This document shows, piece after piece, positions 27,264 to 40,839 of a stretch of DNA of 64,000 bases. The stretch is taken from contig NW_024704742.1 of assembly GCF_018977255.1 (NCBI RefSeq), positions 61,010,001 through 61,074,000 on the forward strand, written 5' to 3'. The position numbers and the translations under genes are program-made. The DNA comes from Callorhinchus milii (Eukaryota). The notes under the pieces are model-generated. The model saw only the letters and a list, made by a program, of their open reading frames with translations. It made no database searches and was not told the DNA's origin. Positions within the stretch are counted from its first letter, which is position 1, and every line of letters begins with the position of its first letter.

Positions 27264-27333
27264 GCTTTAATTGTTAACTTACCAAAGTTAACATAGACAC
27301 AAAAGAAGCTTTTTTTTAAATAGAGCAGTGCAG

Positions 27334-27807
27334 TTAATTTTTCACAAAGTCACCATCACAATCTACACACTTGAGACAATGTGGAACCAGTAAAATGATG
27401 TGCAAATGGCCTTTCTAGTTTCCTTGTGAATCACGGTTAACATTCGTTGAACCCACATAGCACAAACTTTAGAGTAACCAAGGTTACCAATAATCATCTC
27501 TGTGGCATGATGACCGATACTGAGACTCTCACTCAACTCATGCTGAGTGAATCATCGATCCTTGTAGCTGAGTCCAATAACTTACTGTATATTTTCTTCA
27601 TTAACACCTGTTGCTGGCCACCCACTGCAAAACCTATCTTGAAGTTCAGTTTATCAATTTTTCACACAATTTGCTCAGCATCTTACAGTACTCACATCAA
27701 TACAGAACTGTCCATACACTTTCATCATGGAATGTTGAATCTCATTCAGCTGTGAGAAATGCAATTACTGCTCTCTGCTTAACACGTGTATCAATGCTAG
27801 AAGCCAT
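27334..27807 (-). pseudogene. Mariner transposase remnant (DNA-binding region plus extreme C-terminus; catalytic domain deleted)
   Basis: MASSIDTRVKQRAVIAFLTAE...VYGQFCIDVSTVR...DRFCSGWP...LGYSKVCAMWVQRMLT is joined at about 27391 to LVPHCLKCVDCDGDFVKN*. Multiple stops. Confidence 0.88.
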
Positions 27808-30800
27808 TTTGAACTGCTGTCTTGTGCCTCCATCTAGTTAGAATTAACCAAAACGTTCAAAGCAGGGGCGCGATACATAAAAGTATATTCTGTATGTTTT
27901 TCAGTACTGTACCACTTACCATTCTTCAGAAAATAAACACGAGGCATTACTTTTGGGCTATCCTTCGTACAAGGATTATTATTGGTATCATACGTAAGTG
28001 AATCAAGTGAACTTGATTCAAATTCTGTCAGATGACCGTTAAATGACTGAGAAACACACTCATAGAGTGGAGAAATACCCTCAGCAGCACCTTCTCAATT
28101 ATCTGGGCACCAGCTGTAGAACAAGTGTTATAGAGAAAGAGAAAGCAGAGGGAAACCGTGAATAGCCAACAGAGCTTTGCAGATAAGAACCGATTATCTA
28201 GCTCTATGAGACAGGTAGTGCATGAGGAGACTTAAGCTCGACAGCTAAGTCTTCGTTGACCTCTGTCAGGAATTGCTGAAGCAGACTGTAATTACTTCTG
28301 CTTTCCTGCTAGCAGTGAAAGGGGCCGTAATTGTAGTCTTATTTCAGGGTACTGGCTTCTTCAAGGAACCTAATTGAGACTGCAGAAATTTGTCATCTAT
28401 GTCAGATTGTGAGCAGCAGGTCACAAATGCCTTGCTCAAAACGTCATATTATAACATTCCTACAGACAACCAAGGGAGCAACCAACACCAAACGGAAATG
28501 CAACCGTAATTTCACTGTACTGCTCAGTTTCCATTGCTACTGGATGCTATCAAAATCCACATTTATATGTGTAGCCTATCTACAGTGCTACTCCATGGTT
28601 AAATAGGAAAGGATGAGCAAAACATGTTGATATTGCCACGATCCTCCTACCCGCAGCAGGACACATGTCTTTATCCACTAAGCAGTGGTTCCAACCACTG
28701 CCCCAGTTTGTTCCAGCTTTTGATGTCACCAAACTGTGGCTCTTCTCTAATTCAATGCAGCAGCTGTTGACACCAGCTCAGTTCTGCTCACTTGTGATGG
28801 TGCAGTGAGTGGAAGGAACTGAAGTAAAAACATCCCAATGGTCTCTTGGAACATGTGTTGTATCAGTCATAGCTTGGCAACCTGTTCAAATTAATCATCT
28901 GCCACCACTGAGGTGTCTGACTGGTATCATTCCTGAACTGGGAGATAGAGGGGATTTGATTCTGAGACCAGTTCATTGAAGAGACCTACCGTTAAGCCAA
29001 TACTTTCACTGAACTGTTCTATACTCTCTCGTCCAGACTCTTTCCAACATGGTTCTGCCAGTCTGGATCGCTTTCCACATTACCGATGACATACAAAGCT
29101 CAGTGAGGCCAGTGTACAGAAACTGCAATGCCAGACGGCAAGACCACATTGGTAAATGTTGTCTCCCTGTGGCTTGCATTGTCTGCCTCAGAAACCTGCA
29201 CTGTATTTTGTGCACAAATTGGGGTCAATTTAGTGATTCATCCAAATATCTATCACAGTAGTTGTTATCTAGGCAGGCATTCCATATTTCTGAACAATTG
29301 CTTTACACAGAAGATAATTAACAACTGGAACACGTTAAGGAACAACTGATCGTGGTAAAGGATGGATGGTAGAAGGGGTATTCTGGAAGGATGAAGGTCT
29401 TTTTCATCCAAACTTCTCTTGTGATCTGGTGATCTGCCAGAGATAGAGACTGACATCATACTCAATGTCAATGTTCAGCGATTCAACCTTGGATTCCCAT
29501 TCTCAATTCACAGCTTCCGACTACTGTTTGGTGGGATACCAGCTGTTTACACCCGACTGCCAGCCTAGGGCACAAGCTCAAGTTTGTGGGACTCAGACCC
29601 ATAAATCGCTGATCAGAGGCAACAGTGCTATCAACTAAGTCAAATTAATACAAAAACTTAAAAATAGTTATTACTATTATTAAAAATAAACTTTCCCTTT
29701 TTTAGCAGCAGCAAAAGCTTCAGACTTTTAAGTAAACAAGCTCAACAAAAGGAATTTTTTGTAGCAGTTCATCACATCAAAACACTTCAGAGATAATTTA
29801 ATTTAGAGTGTAGTGACTGTAGGTAATAACAACAGCCGTTTGTGTACAGCAATGTCCCACAAACAACAATGAAGTGAATGATCAATTTTAATTTGGAGGA
29901 TTGTTGGTCAGGACATTGGTGAAGCTGTCTTATCTTTTCAAACAGTTTCATGGGATATTTAACTTGGTTTAAAGTGTGATACAAAAGACAAGTGTCTTTC
30001 AGTGCTGCACTGGAGTCAGCCTGGATTTGACAATCAGAGGAGTTTGAACACAAAACCTTCCGTTACAAAGGAGAGATCACTTGAAACTGCACCAAGTGGC
30101 ACCTGAACATTAATGATTAAGCCAACAACAAGTTTAATATAAAATTTCACTGCATAGATTGTATTCTTATATCACATTTTATACACTAATTTGTGGTTAC
30201 AAAAATAAAATTACATAATGGTTTAAGTATCAGCACAGTTCGCAGAAAGCAATACCAAGTTAACACAGGCAACCTTCAGAGTAAGCTGAAAACACAAACG
30301 TATTTTCACTTTACCTTTGCTACGGCTAGGTGACTCTGCTAAGGTTAAATCCTAAATCTATACTCACTGAATCTTGTGCCAATTTGTTCCTGGTTTCAGC
30401 TGTTTCAGTCGGGTTTATTCCACATCAGTAGCAGAGAACCTCAGCGTTTTTAAACTGCAATAGGACACAGGGGTGTGATGTAAGCTCACTATTAACATGG
30501 TTTGCTCCAGAGAGCGTCAAGCACAGTAAGAACAACGAAGAGGATCAACATGATTGAAAGTGAAGAGAGGCTACAGAGGATTTCTTTCTTCTTGATGCTC
30601 ATTGGCAGCTTATTAGCAGCTCCCTTGATCTGCACATGGCTGTTCCATCTGGTCAGTTCAAACCTCTTGTGGAGCCTTGGATATTTTATTCTTGAAAGGG
30701 CACTTTCCAGTGAGCATGTTAAATAGGTATTATCTACAGCTATCGTAATGCTTTGCAGGAACTAATGATGTTGTATGGGGAAAGCTAGGATATTAAGAGG

Positions 30801-32324
30801 ATTTGAATATGCAAAGTTGTCATTGATTAGGGTTTTACAATACAATTTACATTTACATAGCATCTTTCACATTGGGAGGATGTCTCAAAGCGCTTGACAC
30901 CCCAGTCTGTCACTCAGGCAGGCGTTGGGAGCCAAATGGGGTGAGGAGGGAGGATTTGGGGATTTCTACACTGTTAAATAACAATAATAATCCTCTTGTT
31001 TGATATCGTGGTTTATCGTGGCATCAAACAGTCTCAAAGTAGTTCACAGGATTCGCTGTAAAGTGTAGTGACTGTATTGCAATGTTAGCCTGGGGTAGGA
31101 GCTCAGAGTCCTGACATGGGGTTTAAACCACAACCTTTTGACTCAGAGGTGAGAGTGCTACCCACTGAGTCAAGCTGCAGATATAACTTTTTCCCTTTGC
31201 ATGTGTTTAGTACCAGCTCATACATGGTAGGCAGGAATTAACCATTGTAAACTAAACTTTGATGTTAATAAACACCATTGAAGATGTGTTGAGAAGTGAT
31301 CTGGGATCCTTCCTTTAATGCCTTTTTCTCAATCAGTTATGAGATGCTCAAACTGCTGACAATAAACTACAGTGTACTTAACTTAACTTCTGAAACTCTC
31401 ATCCACCGTCAATGAATCTGCATAATGCTAATCAGGTCTGTTTGAGCAAGTTTATAGGTCATCAACTGACACTCCAATGTAGTGATGAGGGTTTGTGGCA
31501 TTGTCAGAGATGCCATCCTTCAGATGAGATGTTAAACCGAGGTCCTGTCTGCCTATTAAATAACAGGTGGACATTAAAGATCCCATGGCTCTAGTCGAAA
31601 AGAGAAAGAAGTATCTCCCAGTGTCCTGGCCAACAATTCCCCAAATAAAATTGGTCATTCGTTCCGTGGCTGTTTGTGGAGCATCACTGTGTGCAATTGT
31701 GCTACTGTATTTGCCTATAAATTACGGTAATTTCATTTCATAGTAATTATTGCAAGTGCTTTGAACATTCTTCCATTTTGATAAAGCGCTATGTGAAATA
31801 CAAGATTATATTATATTACATGAGGTTATCTTGATACATTATTTCTTCATGCATGTGATTTTTTTTCATTCAAACACTGAAACAAAGCAATCATCTGCAT
31901 TTAACAAAAATAATAAACATGACAATCTGACAAACAAGACGAGGACAAATTGTATTTTGACCTGATTGAATGAAGGAAAGCATTTTGATGTTGTGGGTTT
32001 CAATGTGAAGCATAGCTACAACAAAAGCCAATAAATAGTCCTATTAACAGTATCGGATAACAACTCATGTAAATACCACAAGATTTGAAGTACACAATTT
32101 CACTTGTTGTAGACTGAAAGCTTCTCAAATTCTGCTATTCATCCACCATACTGTTGAACTGCACCAATTAATTTAGCAAGTAATGGCAATATGTGTATAA
32201 TGCATTTGATGGATGGATTGAAGTAAGTTATACTTGAAATAATATGATTCTGGTGACTAAAGTAAAAGTCAAACGCTTATGCAGCACTTCAATGGAAATC
32301 AAACTAAATATAAACTACCATATT

Positions 32325-32693
32325 GATTGGAGCACTCACCTTGCAGTGAGAGCACCCGGGTTCAATTCCCAAGTAGGGCAAAACCTTAGGCAAGTTTCCT
32401 TACTCCACGCCTTATTGTTTATCAAGCAGTAAATAGGAACTTGGTTGTTAGTCAATCGGCATAACATTAATAATGAATTGGTCACTCAATCCACGACTGT
32501 TTGTGAGACACTGCTGTGCGCAATTAGCTGCTGAGTTTTGCCCACAAAGTACACAGTCAATTCACTTTACAGTATATTCTGTGAAGCGCTTTGAGATATC
32601 TCGATGCAGATTCAATATCAAATGTGTATATTCTGTGAAGCGCTTTGAGACATCCCAAAGACATGATTAGGCTCTATATGAAATGCAAGGATT
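32325..32693 (+). mobile_element. tRNA-Ala-derived SINE, long form, with partly duplicated tail (another long-form 5' part at 36790-36998)
   Basis: Same head and tail plus an extra central segment gtttatcaagcagtaaataggaacttggttgttagtcaatcggc. Confidence 0.8.
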
Positions 32694-33739
32694 AAAAGAA
32701 CTTAACCCCCAGGTGCAGCAATCCAAATTAAATCACCACACAACACAGTTCTCCACAACATCATACCTCAGTATAAAATGGGGCCTCTTGCACATAATGG
32801 AGTTAGGCACTTGGCTAAGGCCCTATGCCAACAGTACAAGATCCTTCCTAACAATATAAAAAGATCCCTTTACGTAGTTTAATAAGTAAAGCAAAGCTCG
32901 CATGAAACAAATTATTAAGTGATAGCTATTTCTTTGATCTATTACCCGTGAATTGGAACGTAATGGAATGACACTGTGCTTGAAGCAGAAAGAACACAGC
33001 ATGTCTATTCCACTGGTTACATATTGAATGTAACATTGAAAACGATTCCAAAAATACACCCATATAAGTTTCTTTGATCTTTTAACTTTGTTTGCAAATC
33101 TTTCAGGCATACATTGCCACATGATGGTTATTCAATGCTACAATTTGCTAAGGAAGCAACTGACCCAAATTCTTAGTTCATAAAATATATTCATGTAGGG
33201 AAGCCAGTTTTATGATGACAACATTTGTATTTGAATACAGCATTTCATCTTGCCAAAACATCGCAAAGTCATTTTAAGATGTGCTTTAGTCTTAATTTGG
33301 AAAACTTAGTTCTTAGGAAGAACCAGCCTCCAAATTCAGATTGATTTTAAGAATTATCCGCAATTTATCTGCAATCTTAAATTGTATTGCAAAATCGTCC
33401 TAATAATCCTTGCATTTGATGTAGTCTTATCGTGTCTTCGAAATCTGGGCATTTTACCAGTAGAACAGCAAAGGTTAAGTTACATAGAATTAATTAAACA
33501 ACAACAGCTTGCATTTATATAATAATAATCCTTGCATTTGATATAGAGCCTTATCACGTCTTTCAGATATCTCAAAACGCTTCACAGAATATACTGTAAA
33601 GTAAAGTATATTTTGCGAGAGAAATGCGGCAGCCAATTGTGCACATCAGTGTCCCACAAACAGTCATGGATTGAGTGACCAAATTAAAAAAAAATACATG
33701 CTAAGCCTAGATGTAAGACCTAGATGCTAAGATCACAAA

Positions 33740-35577
33740 TACCAACTGCGACGCGATACTGGACTTCCTCGAATCCAAAGTCGAGGGAGTCCGCTCAGCT
33801 GCCTCTGCCACTGCAACTGTTACCCCCTCCCCATCTCCTCCTCCCACCCCAACCTCTAACCACCCATCCCTCCACACTTTTGAACCCATCTCCCCCTCCT
33901 CTCTCATCACCACTATAACCCGCATGAAACCCACCACCTGCTCCCTCGACCCCATCCCTACCCGCCTCCTTACCTCCCAGCTCCACCTCCTTGCCCCTCT
34001 ACGCACTGACATTGTTAACCTCTCGCTGTCCTCTGGTACTGTTCCCACCTCTTTAAAAACCGCTGACATCATTTTTACCCTTAAAAAACCCTCCGTGGAC
34101 CCTTCTCTACTCCCTGACTACTGCCCCATTTCCAACCTCCCCTTCCTCTCCAAGGTTCTGGAACGAGTTGTTGCTTCTCAGTTGCGCTCCTTACTCTCCC
34201 GCCACTCTTCTCGAATCTCTCCAATTGGGCTTTCGTGCTGCCCACAGCACAGAAACAGCCTTGGTTTAAGTGACAAATGACATTCTGTCCATCCATGACT
34301 AGGGCTCCTTCTGCCTCCTCGTCCTCCTTGACCTCTCTGCTGCTTTCGACACCGTAGAGTACTCTATCCTCATCCACCACCACTCCTCTCAACTCAATCT
34401 CCACGGTGCTGTCCATGATTGGTTCAGATCGTACGTCTCACACCGCCTGCACTTCATCTCCTCAAACGGCTTCTCTTCTAGCTCCCAGCCCCCAGACCAT
34501 CTCGTGCAGTATTCCTCAGGGCTCTGTCCTTGGTCCCCTCCTCTTCAACAGCTATATGCTCCCTCTTGGTGACATTATCCGCAGACATTGTGTCAACTTC
34601 CACATGTATGCGAATAACACCCAACTCTATCTCTCTGCCTCCACCGTTGACTCCAGGACCACTGCTGTCCTGACAGAATATCTGTCAGACATCAAGCCCT
34701 GGATAAGAGCTAACTTTCTACAGTTGAATATCAACAAGACCGAGGCTCTCCTGATTGCCTCCCGTCAGCGCCTCCTCACCTCAGGCGATGACAGCATCAC
34801 CATCGATGGTTGCACACTCCACGTCACTAAGACAGTCCAGAACCTTGGGGTCTTGTTTGACCCTCAACTATCTTTTCCACCAGACATCTGCGCCATGACC
34901 CACTCTGCCTTCCCCCACCTTCGCAATATCGCCCGGCTCCACCACTGCCTCATACCACAGGCCGCCGAAACCCTCATAACTGCCTTCATTACATCGAGGC
35001 TCGACTATGCAAACTCACTGCTTGTCGGCCTCCCCAACTCCTCCCTCCACAGGCTGCAGATCATCTAGAATTCTGCAGCCCGTGTCCTCTCCTGCACCAG
35101 GCTCCGTGACTCTATCACCCCCATCCTCACCCAACTCCACTGGCTTCCCATCACTCAGAGGATTCAGTTCAAGATCCTGGTCCTCACCTTCATAGCCCTC
35201 CACGGTCTTGCTCCCCCCTACCTCTGTGACCTCCTAACTCCCTACTACCTTGTCCGCTCCCTCCGCTCAGCGGGCTCTGGCCTGCTTCACATCCCCAGCC
35301 TTGCTCGCCCCACTATCGGCAGGTGGGCCTACCACCACTCTGCGCCCACCCTCTGAAACTCCATCCCACAGTATCTCCGTCTCGCCCCCTCCCTCGCTAC
35401 CTTCAAGACCTACCTCAAGACCCTTCTCTTCAACCGGGCTTTCGATCTCCCTGCTTCCCCCCTGCCCCCCTCACCCACCCCAAACCTTAGCTCGAGTCCG
35501 TAACTCTGTCTGTCGAGCACCTTGGGACATCCTCCCAACGTGAAAGGCGCCTTACAAATGTAATTTTGTTGTTGCTG
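33740..35577 (+). mobile_element. L2 LINE, 5'-truncated (RT through 3' tail)
   Basis: [63 protein letters not shown]; ends in the stem-loop tail and (TTG)n. Confidence 0.94.
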
Positions 35578-36999
35578 TAATTTCTGATGATAGGGTTGTA
35601 AAGTGAGCTGCATTATTGGAGGTGCCATCCTTCAAATGAGACGTTAACCAAGATTCTGTTTGCCTGTTCAGGTGTTTGTTAACTATCCCATGTTACTATT
35701 CGAGAGGAACAGTCTTCATAGCTGAGTGCCATTTTCTCGTACTGCTTTAAAGCTTATTACGCACTCATTGAACCAGATAGCATCTGCTGCTACAGTGTCT
35801 CCTTCAGTGTCTGTTTTAGGCAATGATTTCCAGTTCGAAAAGTATTATTATTGAATTTACGGTAAAATTACACCCTGACAAGTTTGCGATATCAGGTAAC
35901 TTAATAGGTTAATGTATGCAGCAATAATAATCTGTCTGATAATGAGGGATGACCTTTTCATGCCCTTTTATTTTAATCACTCGCACCAGGTGAAAAACAT
36001 CCTCCTTGGTTCCTATAAATTATCACAGTGATTAAGGGGAAAGAAGCCAATTCCAGGCAAGTAAGACGAAGACACAAAACAAAAGCTTTCTGGAGATCAT
36101 TTCTTTTGTATTATATGTTTTGTGGGCGACTATAGTTCCATCTTAATCAGCCTCAACTCTGATGAAGGAATATTTTTAACTCCTAGTAATAGTTATGTTA
36201 TAGAAATGTTAAATTATTTAGTCAAACTTGTTAAAGCAACCACCTCTGTTCAGCAATCAATAGTCTAACACAACCAGTGGCTTTTTTTTTAGCTCTGTTG
36301 GTGTACAAACATCCTTTTCAGCAGCCAGTTCTAAGTGAATTTAAGTGTACTTACCGGTAATCCATTAACGATTTCTGCATGTAGACTCCTGCTACACTTT
36401 ACTGTGAAGTGCTTTGGGACGTCTAGAAGATGTGAAAAGCGCTGTATCAATTGCAAGGATTATTATTATTACACTCCTAGTACATTTACCTGAGCATCTC
36501 ACATGATGCCCACAGCTTCCTGCCTCACTGGCGAGGTGGAATTGGTAAATGTGCTCGATGTCTCCCAGCAGAAAGAGTGACTCTTTCTTTTAAATTCTAA
36601 TGAAAGAATTTCATTTCTCAAATTCTTTCATTATCTTAAAAACCTTTAATCACGTCACCTCAACCTTCGCTGCTCCTGCCTTCTAAACTTCTGTAGCCTC
36701 TCCTTATAGCTATTTTTTTTCTTCTGCACAGTGCATGGTGGAGTCACTTAATGGTGGAATCATTTAATCTACGTAGGTTTTATCTCTGGTGGAATTCCCG
36801 TAACATAATGGTTAGAGCACTCGCCTCGCAAGAGAGAGGACCCAGGTTCAATTCCTGGGCAGAGCAAAACCTTAAGCAACTATTCTTACTCCATACACCT
36901 CATTTTACCGAGTAGTAAGTAGTTGTTAGTCGATTGGCGAATTATTTTCCGGTGATAATAATCCCTTACCACAGCAAAACATTGTCACTCAATCCACAG

Positions 37000-37660
37000 T
37001 TTGACCCTCAACTGTCCTTTCTACCCCACATCCATGCCCTGCTTCTGCCTCTCCCCTCATTCATGCATTTATTACAGCTAGGTTAGACTACGCCAACTCC
37101 CTGCTTGATGGCCTTCCCATCTCCCTGCTCCACAAGGTGCAGATCATCCAGAACTCTGCAGCCTGTGTCCTCTTCCGCACCAAGCTCCGTGAACCTATCA
37201 CCCCATCCTCATCTGGCTCCACTGGCTTCCCATCACACAGAGGACAGAGTTCAAAATCGTCGTCCTCGGCTTCAAGGACCTCCACGGCTTTGCTCCTTCC
37301 TACTTCTGTGACCTGCTAACCCCATATCAACCTGTCCGCTCCCCCGCTCAGCAGGCTCTGGTCTGCTCCATGTCCCCCACTTGGCCCCCCCCCCACCAAC
37401 AGCAGTCAGGCATTCAGCCTCTCTGCCCCCACCCTTTTGAACTCCATCCTACAGTCCCTTCACCTAGCTACCTTCCTTGCTTCCTTCAAAGCACATCTCA
37501 AGACCCTCCTCTTCAACCGTCACCTTCCTATCCCTACCCTCCCTGCCCTCCACCACCACCCCCTGTGATCCCAGCTCGGATTCAAATCCCTGACTGTCCA
37601 ACGTCTTGTGACATCCTCCCAACAGGAAAGGCGCTTTACAAATGTAATTTGTTGTTGTTG
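37000..37660 (+). mobile_element. L2 3' fragment abutting a truncated SINE
   Basis: RLDYANSLL and QIIQNSAA motifs; L2 tail. Confidence 0.88.
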
Positions 37661-38864
37661 TTTCCATGTTTACGGTTATTCAACATTCCTCTGACATGGC
37701 ATGACTATAGCAAACACAAGGATTGAATGCAAGGATTATCATTAATCTTTTTTTCGGGCAACATTTTTCTTAGTTGAAATATTAAATATAGAACTTCTGA
37801 CAATCTTTCAGTTTAGAAATTGGTACGGCGTGATGGGACTACTGAGTATCGGTAATTGTGTCTCCGGCAATTCCACTGCTAACCAGCTCTATGCTCATCC
37901 TCCCATTTTATACACGCATGCAAAGACACTGAAAGATAATAATCACTTGAGTGTCCTATTCGATTAGTTCTCCAAGCTGACGGCACTGGAATGCACAAAA
38001 CCCTCACTCCTTTCCACAAACAGTGGAAAATGCTTCATGGAATGTATCAAGAGACAGAAAATTACCTTTATAAATTCACTCGCACTATCAAATGCAAATT
38101 TCTTGCTTCATTTTACAAATCTTCACAAAAAGTTTGATTGAAAAATGTTTCAGCCACACCCTTTTCAGGTTTATGCCTTATTGGAAAATAGTGACATAGC
38201 ATTCATCACACTTCATTTATTAGCCATGAAACCTTCTTTCAACTTCACAACACCAATGTTTTTTGTAAGTTTGCCTAACCTTATAATGGCTCAAAGAAAA
38301 AGAGAAAACATTGTTAAATGTTCATCTAGTCAATCAAAAGTCTCAATTAGAAAGACAGACTAACATTTAAGATAGGATTCTTCAAGAATGCTGGCAAAAC
38401 ATGAATCTGTCCACCTTTGTAGTATGATGTTCTCAAAATGCTGAAGGCAGGAATCCATGAGCCAGAAGCTTCGCAGACTTTGCCACTGAGGATGTCATTG
38501 ATGACATTATTTTTGACATTATTGATGACAAATTATTGATGACACACACATTTGGGTACAATTGATGCACTAAATATCAACCATACCACTACACTGACCC
38601 CATTTCAGAGCAACTGAAAGTGCTTTCTCTTCTCTCTACCTGTCTTTCTTTCCCCCACTGCTCAATTGTAGCAGCACATAATCTTCTGAGCAGAATCAAT
38701 AGATGCAGCAATGTTGGTTGCTGGAAGATGCTGGGTTATTCTGAGAGGTTTTCAGCCACTCTCAGCTTGTACAAATATCAGTGTCTACACTCTTTGAGAA
38801 GGTCTGATGATACACGAACCGAAGAATGCAATTTGTATGGAAGTATGGGGAACGGATGTTGATC

Positions 38865-39890
38865 CTCTAGCCCCTGCACCGTCTTATGCGGCATTCCTCA
38901 GGGCTCTGTCCTTGGTCCCCTCCTCTTCAAAATCTATATGCTCCCTCTTTGTAACATCATCCGCAGACATGAGGTCAACTTCCACATGTATGCAGATGAT
39001 ACCCAACTCTACCTCTCTGCCTCCACCCATGACTTTCTACAGTTGAATGTCAACAAGACCGTGGCTCTCCTGATTGTCTCCCGTCAACGCCTCCTCACCT
39101 CAGGCGCTGACAGCATCACCATCGATGGTTGCACACTCCACCTCACTAAGCCAGTCCAGAATCTTGGCGTCTTTTTGACCCTCAACTATCCTTTCTACCC
39201 AACATCTGTGCCATGACCCGCTCTACCTTCTCCCACCTCCACAACATCGCTCAGCTCTGCCATTGTCTCACTCCGCAGGCCACCGAAACCCTCATACACG
39301 CCTTCATTACATCGAGGCTCAACTATGCAAACTCCTTTCTTGTCGGCCTCCCCAACCCTGCCCTCCATAGGCTGCAGATCATCCAGAATTCTGCAGCCCG
39401 TGTCCACTCCCGCACCAGGTTCCGCGACCCTATCACCCCCGTCCTCACCCGAATCCACTGGTTCCCATCACACAGAGGATACAGTTCAAGATCCTGGTCC
39501 TCACCTTCAAAGCTCTCCATGGTCTCCGTCTCCCTACCTCTGTGACCTCCTAACTCCTACCATCCTGCTCGCTACCTCCTCTCAGCCGGCTCTGGCCTGC
39601 TTCACGTTCCCCGCCTCGCTCGCTCCACTATTGATGGGTGGGCCTTCTGCCACTCTACACCCGCCCTCTGGAACTCCATCCCGCTGTTCCTCCGCCTCGC
39701 CTGCTCCCTTGCCACCTTCAAGACCCATCTCAAGGCCCTCCTCTCCAACATGCTTTCGATCTCCCTGCTTCTCTCCCTACCCTCCATCCTCCCCAATCTC
39801 AACCCCCAGCTCGGGTCTGAAACTCTGTCTGTCCAGCGCCTTGGGACGTCCTCCCGACGAGAAAGCTGTAATGTAATTTTTGTTTTTGTC
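38865..39890 (+). mobile_element. L2 LINE 3' fragment
   Basis: [20 protein letters not shown]; closely similar to the 33740-35577 copy. Confidence 0.92.
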
Positions 39891-40839
39891 ACATAGGTCT
39901 TAAAACCTGAGCAACTCTTTATCATATCCGAGTCGCTAATCTGAATGGCGCTGTGAGAGGCTTGGCTGCAGGTTGGCCACTAATGGAATCAATCTGCAAC
40001 CTTTCAAGACTTACAGAGAACAGGAAAAAGGGCGAGGAGGGGGTGCAGTAACTTAATATAATGAAGAAGCATGACCCTTGAGGAAAAATAAATTTCCAGC
40101 TTTAAATGTATGTGATACAATAAAGCATCAGCAATATTCATCTAAATTAATTTGAATCTTCAAAAGCATTCACCACAGGGTTTACACCATTAATCATTAT
40201 GTCCCATTTTGTGCAAATAAAATAAATATTTAAAAACAAAATAAACATTTCTACATTCAATATGATTTCACAATTTATTTTAACTTGTAACATGCACAGA
40301 TGTAAGATAAGAAACTCCCAGGCCAGAGGTATAGTGGTGAAAAAAGGCCCATGAGTGTGGTCTTCATGAACATTTATTCCATATCACATTTGTTTTCCAA
40401 ATTGTTTAGCTACTCGGTTTGAGAAAAGATCCACCTGACTGCCTGATACCTCCATTTCTGACCCACTACCCACTGAGCTCCTGTTAACGCTGCAAGCATA
40501 CACACCACACACAAAAACCACACACTGACAAAATAGTCCAATGTCCTTTATAAACTGATAACAACAACAAATTGTATTTATAGTGCTACTTCAGTGGACA
40601 GTTGAGCATTTGCACCTGAGCTGGGGGTTGGATTCAGGATGGGTGGAGGTCAACGGGATAGCGGGGGGGACAATTGGCAAGGACTGGTGTGATGGGGGTA
40701 CAAAGTTTTGTGCTGGTGAGGATCCGGGTGGCGGAGTTTTGGATTAATTGAATTTTGTGTACGGTGGAGCTGTGGAGACCAGCAAGGAGGGCACTGGAAT
40801 AGTCCAGCTGTGAAGTGATGCATGCGTTTTGGCTACGTT

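Larger units (their letters stand above)
26777..27967 (-). mobile_element. Internally deleted mariner (Tc1/mariner) DNA transposon, interrupted by an L2 fragment
   Basis: 27-bp TIRs (cgagggacaccccaaaagtaatgcctc / cgaaggatagcccaaaagtaatgcctc, 24/27 identical), flanked by TA at 26775-26776 and 27968-27969; transposase remnants inside. Confidence 0.92.
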
